Position numbers and translations under genes: made by a program. The notes below the pieces were generated by a model. That model ran no database searches. It was not told the origin of the DNA and worked only from the letters and a program-made list of their open reading frames with translations. DNA of 64,000 nucleotides from the NCBI GenBank assembly GCA_012295275.1, contig CM022667.1, positions 310,001 through 374,000 on the forward strand, given 5' to 3'. Source of the stretch: Chrysomallon squamiferum. Taxonomy: Eukaryota; Animalia; Mollusca. Below are positions 61,101 to 64,000 of this stretch, one piece after another. Positions within the stretch are counted from its first letter, which is position 1. The number at the start of each line of letters is the position of its first letter.

Positions 61101-61486
61101 GTGCTAAGCCTAATCATATTAATATCATCAGTTAAACTCCATATCAGTTATTCAGTATATCATTAGATTATGATTATATCATATGAAACATGTTCATGCC
61201 TCTTATAATGTTGTTACATCCCATCATGATTCTGTCATAATTAGATAAATTCTAAAATGTCGATCTTTTATTCACACTTTGTAATTGATGTTTGATTCAA
61301 TATAACAGAATTAACCATTTTAGTAATTATAAGTTCTTGAAACAATTAAAACTCATAAAAACTGACAACGTGCTCTATCACGTTGAAACTCAGGCGGCAA
61401 AAAATCGTTATTAATTTTTATACCTGTGTCAGTTGTGAATGGATTATATGTTTAAGCTCAGATATTTTCTCTGGTGGCAATGACAT
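54336..61486 (-). CDS. CEP76: Centrosomal protein of 76 kDa (C2 domain plus transglutaminase-like domain); 12 exons, two apparent frameshifts in this assembly
   Basis: Exons 61486-61424, 60871-60640, 60445-60217, 59727-59543, 59155-58929, 58473-58282, 57714-57551, 57027-56907, 56615-56403, 56044-55957, 55576-55447, 54474-54336 total 1983 nt. Starts MSLPPEKISELK, contains GDCEDHAVLLCSLL, ends WIMFACKYKSVL*, matching recalled human CEP76. Confidence 0.95.
54490..54850. repeat. ~45-bp minisatellite in the last CEP76 intron
   Basis: TATCTTCAAAAGGATACACTAACATTTCACATTTATTATT-like units, about 7 copies. Confidence 0.8.
55447..55576 (-). CDS. CEP76: CEP76 exon 11 (LTAGNEEFQDAVRQAVPDGHTFKGYPIQF...TCLR)
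   Basis: ttccag| ... |gtaaag. Confidence 0.93.
55957..56044 (-). CDS. CEP76: CEP76 exon 10 (DQGLTTTWDDQLSYLLTPGLAAYELERVT)
   Basis: ttgtag| ... |gtattt. Confidence 0.92.
56195..56388. repeat. Mixed (TG/TA)n microsatellite
   Basis: Seen directly. Confidence 0.85.
56403..56615 (-). CDS. CEP76: CEP76 exon 9 (ASDAVEVCKFDLHNESHWKAM...IVTEHRR)
   Basis: tattag| ... |gtaagt; 213 nt. Confidence 0.92.
56907..57027 (-). CDS. CEP76: CEP76 exon 8 (YIHDPLDP...YPYKTVGCVFNHRSFYANSQ)
   Basis: ttccag| ... |gtacca. Confidence 0.92.
57049..57348. repeat. Near-identical 153-bp tandem duplication in CEP76 intron 7
   Basis: 57049-57195 repeats at 57202-57348. Confidence 0.92.
57551..57714 (-). CDS. CEP76: CEP76 exon 7 (DCEDHAVLLCSLLQGFGLDAYVCVGTK...FWESVNGHR)
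   Basis: ttacag| ... |gtatgt; transglutaminase-like core. Confidence 0.94.
58282..58473 (-). CDS. CEP76: CEP76 exon 6 (DENATNRPVCSYVRPLRAGRLLDTPRQA...FLCKNKG)
   Basis: gtccag| ... |gtaggt; 192 nt. Confidence 0.93.
58929..59155 (-). CDS. CEP76: CEP76 exon 5 (AESKVTVGILDV...ERERLFLVFAKQWW...LVKIFAQ)
   Basis: taacag| ... |gtattt; 227 nt. Confidence 0.93.
59543..59727 (-). CDS. CEP76: CEP76 exon 4 (DAGRMADAASLLS/MSDLVHLVLIKTD...LSVELKGT); one base missing near 59687
   Basis: 185 nt where phase 1-1 needs 186; homology switches frame at tc^atg. Confidence 0.88.
60217..60445 (-). CDS. CEP76: CEP76 exon 3 (NIDPTRRYLYL...RSRPVACA/CEPEFDEGFLLELHKESA); one extra base at 60271-60272
   Basis: 229 nt where phase 1-1 needs 228; homology switches frame at gcc-TTgc-gag. 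Confidence 0.88.
60640..60871 (-). CDS. CEP76: CEP76 exon 2 (MNIQTKIRDILSDTINEE...HLATKK)
   Basis: ttatag| ... |gtgatc; ends phase 1. Confidence 0.9.
61424..61486 (-). CDS. CEP76: CEP76 exon 1 (MSLPPEKISELKHIIHSQLTQ)
   Basis: ATG at 61486; donor |gtataa. Confidence 0.92.
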
Positions 61487-61674
61487 GATGATTATATATT
61501 ATTTCGCAACACGGTGTTATTGTTTATAACTGTCAGAATATGAAATATCACTCAGCGTTTCGAAAATGGCCGCTCGTACCATGCGCAACTCCGGAAATTA
61601 ATTACTTAAAGGTGAAGGTTGATTAACTGGATTCACATCTGTCAAATGAGGTTTAGACGCATTATCAAATCATT
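61487..61674. promoter_or_regulatory. Putative bidirectional promoter shared by CEP76 and MEAK7
   Basis: Only 188 bp between divergent ATGs; locally CpG-rich; YY1-like AAAATGGCCGC at 61563-61573, TGCGCA at 61582-61587, ETS-type CCGGAAAT at 61591-61598. Confidence 0.75.
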
Positions 61675-61809
61675 ATGGGGACAGCAGAAAGCAAGAACGA
61701 TAGTCAGCTGTCAGAATTGAATTTTACAGAAGAAGAGAAGAAATACATTTCGAGCTTATTTGCAAAGCTATCTCATGGTAAAAAGCATCTAACAAAAGAA
61801 CAGCTAGAA
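61675..61809 (+). CDS. MEAK7: MEAK7 exon 1 (MGTAESK...TKEQLE)
   Basis: ATG 61675; donor |gtacgt. Confidence 0.85.
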
Positions 61810-61983
61810 GTACGTTTATGCCATGAATTCTTTGCATTTGTTTCAGTGAATCAGACTAATTACTGATTATTCAGTATAAATATATCCCCAATAAAAAATA
61901 AAATAAAATAAAATAAAAAAATTTAAAAAAAATAACAATAGATACCTAAAATACTTAAAATATAATAGTTACGTCATTGTATA

Positions 61984-62021
<38 letters not shown>

Positions 62022-62664
62022 TGTGCGCGCGCAAACGTTATTAATAAATGATTAAATTCGGTTCATATCTTCCCCAGCTGCTCACAGAACACTCGCACGA
62101 GAACATTATTTACATCATAAATGCACAAAATGTTTATAGTAATGAAATTAAGTGTTTTATTTTATCCAGTATCTTTTAGTTACAAAAATCAACATATAAT
62201 TTCATTTCTTTTTTTTTTAATAGTCTCATATAGGTGTTATTTTGGGACCCAAGTTGACAGAAAATCTTTTTGGATGGATGTTGGCAACAGACCACAAACA
62301 CAAAGATGTCGTGGAGTTGACAGGTCCAACATTTATGTTATGTATTTCCAAACTTCTGCGAGGAAGTGTGACTGATCGATCACATATAATTCTCAGTTTA
62401 GCTGCACATGGAAGTGCTACAGTTGGTGGTAGAGAACTGCTAAAAGTAATTATATATGAATACATATTTTTCCTTTTTTAGTTATTTAGAGAACAGCAGA
62501 AATGACCTCCACACAATTTTAGAACCATTTAAAAAGGCTTATAAGTATACCCTTCTATTCTGTTTTATTCTATTTTCATTTTTTTTTTTTTTTTTTTTTT
62601 CATAGTGTTTTTGTTATTTATTTATTTTTTTTTCATTATTTTTTATTATTTATTTTATTATTAG

Positions 62665-62708
<44 letters not shown>

Positions 62709-63595
62709 GTTTTTTTTGTGTAGTTAAACACAAATATGTATATAAAATATTAATATCATTTTTTTAATGTAGAATATCTGTTCCAATACCTTTAGTTTAA
62801 GACATGAATGTAAAGTAATGAGCCATATTATTACAATTATATGTATCCATATTAAAATTGTAGTAGATTATTTGTTTTCTAAGTATAATTTGAAAATAAC
62901 CTACAATGCACTGACTGACTTGGGATGACTCAGACAATATTTAATTATTTTTTCAAATGATTTTCCTGCTTTTTAATTATTCTTTAAAAGAACTTACTGG
63001 TCTGATTTTGTACTGACACAACATTTTTATAATATGACATAGCTGAAGTCAGACATTGGTATATATATTAAGTAAGGATACTTTTTTCCTTAATAATACA
63101 CAAAAATTTAAATATATATAAGTACAAATTTTACAAAATTGTAAAAATGGGAGAATGGATTTTTCTGATCTTAAAGCTAGAAAAGTGTCATTATGGATTT
63201 TTTTTCAGTGTGTGGAAATGTTGCTTTACTCCTTTGCGAGAGTTGTGGAAAAGACGCCATCATTCAAGTCGTGGATTCTGCATCGATCAGAGGAATCATT
63301 CACAAGACTGGCTCTGTCACTGCTTGAAGATCTTTTCCACACAGGTTATTCCTTTTTGAACAGCACAAATCTTTTCTTCTTCCTTTTTTCTAGTTATTTA
63401 ATATATATATATATATATTATTAATTTAAATGTTTTTTACTTGAAGGTGATCCTAAGAATAAAGGTCTGGGTTTGCCTGTTGTTCCTGAAGAATCTCATT
63501 TTACTGCTGATGAAATTGAAAACTGGCTGACAAGATCTTCTTTGTTTCTACAGATTTTTGAAAATGTATTCAACAAATGCTTTCGTACTTATAAA
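61675..63595 (+). CDS. MEAK7: MTOR-associated protein MEAK7 / TLD-domain-containing protein 1, 3'-partial; first 4 exons (TLDc domain expected beyond the window)
   Basis: Exons 61675-61809, 62224-62445, 63209-63344, 63447-63595 join in phase. N-myristoylation-type start MGTAESK. FMLCISKLLRGSVTDRSHII...GGRELLK and IENWLTRS...VFNKCF align with recalled human FTASMSHLLKGNSEEKSLMI...KAREVQK and IEDWVFRV...VICKGF. Confidence 0.82.
62224..62445 (+). CDS. MEAK7: MEAK7 exon 2 (SHIGVILGPKLTENLF...GGRELLK)
   Basis: taatag| ... |gtaatt; 222 nt. Confidence 0.83.
63209..63344 (+). CDS. MEAK7: MEAK7 exon 3 (CVEMLLYSFARVVEK...LLEDLFHT)
   Basis: tttcag| ... |gttatt; ends phase 1. Confidence 0.83.
63447..63595 (+). 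CDS. MEAK7: MEAK7 exon 4 (DPKNKGLGLPVVPEE...IENWLTRS...KCFRTYK)
   Basis: ttgaag| ... |gtaagg. Confidence 0.83.
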
Positions 63596-64000
63596 GTAAG
63601 GCAGTTTCAGTGTAATTTTTCCATTAAAAAAACTACTAATAGTTATATTAATTTTGTTGCAGGTGTTACTTTATTAAGAGTTTATGTAAATGGGAGATGT
63701 TAAAAGCCGTAGTTAAATTATATTATACAAATGATTATTTCTTGATAATGTTGTAAAAACAAATTATTTACATAGGCTGTATTATTTCTTTCTTTTTTTC
63801 TTCTTATTTTTGGGACACAGTAATTAAAAATCTTTCATATTTTCACCTTTGATCTGTTTCTTGTTCACTTTTAATTTATCAAAGGTGTCAATCTATGCTA
63901 TGAATAAAATTATAAAGCATTTTTCTTTTTGAAAAAATCCCTTTTTGCCAACAAAGAGGTTGTCCCATTCATCTTCTTTTTATTTATCAACATTAAATAA

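Overview
This is AT-rich, microsatellite-dense metazoan genomic DNA; a mollusc or cephalopod-like source is inferred from the repeat style only. Most ORF-track entries are spurious. Three spliced genes were reconstructed by hand from GT-AG exons with consistent phases. (1) The 3' part of CMIP (+ strand): 17 coding exons, 227-46695, 585 aa plus stop, 5' end outside the window. (2) A complete CEP76 (- strand): 12 exons, 61486-54336, about 660 aa, with a +1 frameshift in exon 3 and a -1 frameshift in exon 4. (3) The first four exons of MEAK7/TLDC1 (+ strand, from 61675), head-to-head with CEP76 across a 188-bp interval. CMIP introns hold a Buster/Charlie-type hAT deletion derivative, a Tc1/mariner MITE and many tandem duplications. 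The most unusual signals are (a) a composite island in one CMIP intron (about 36.8-40.2 kb) with a tRNA-Glu-like cloverleaf, a decayed intronless ~270-codon virus/Maverick-like ORF, a convergent antisense terminal exon and a ~175-bp array, and (b) repeated decaying copies of exon boundaries in the adjacent introns of all three genes. Homology calls rest on recalled human protein sequences; no database search was run.
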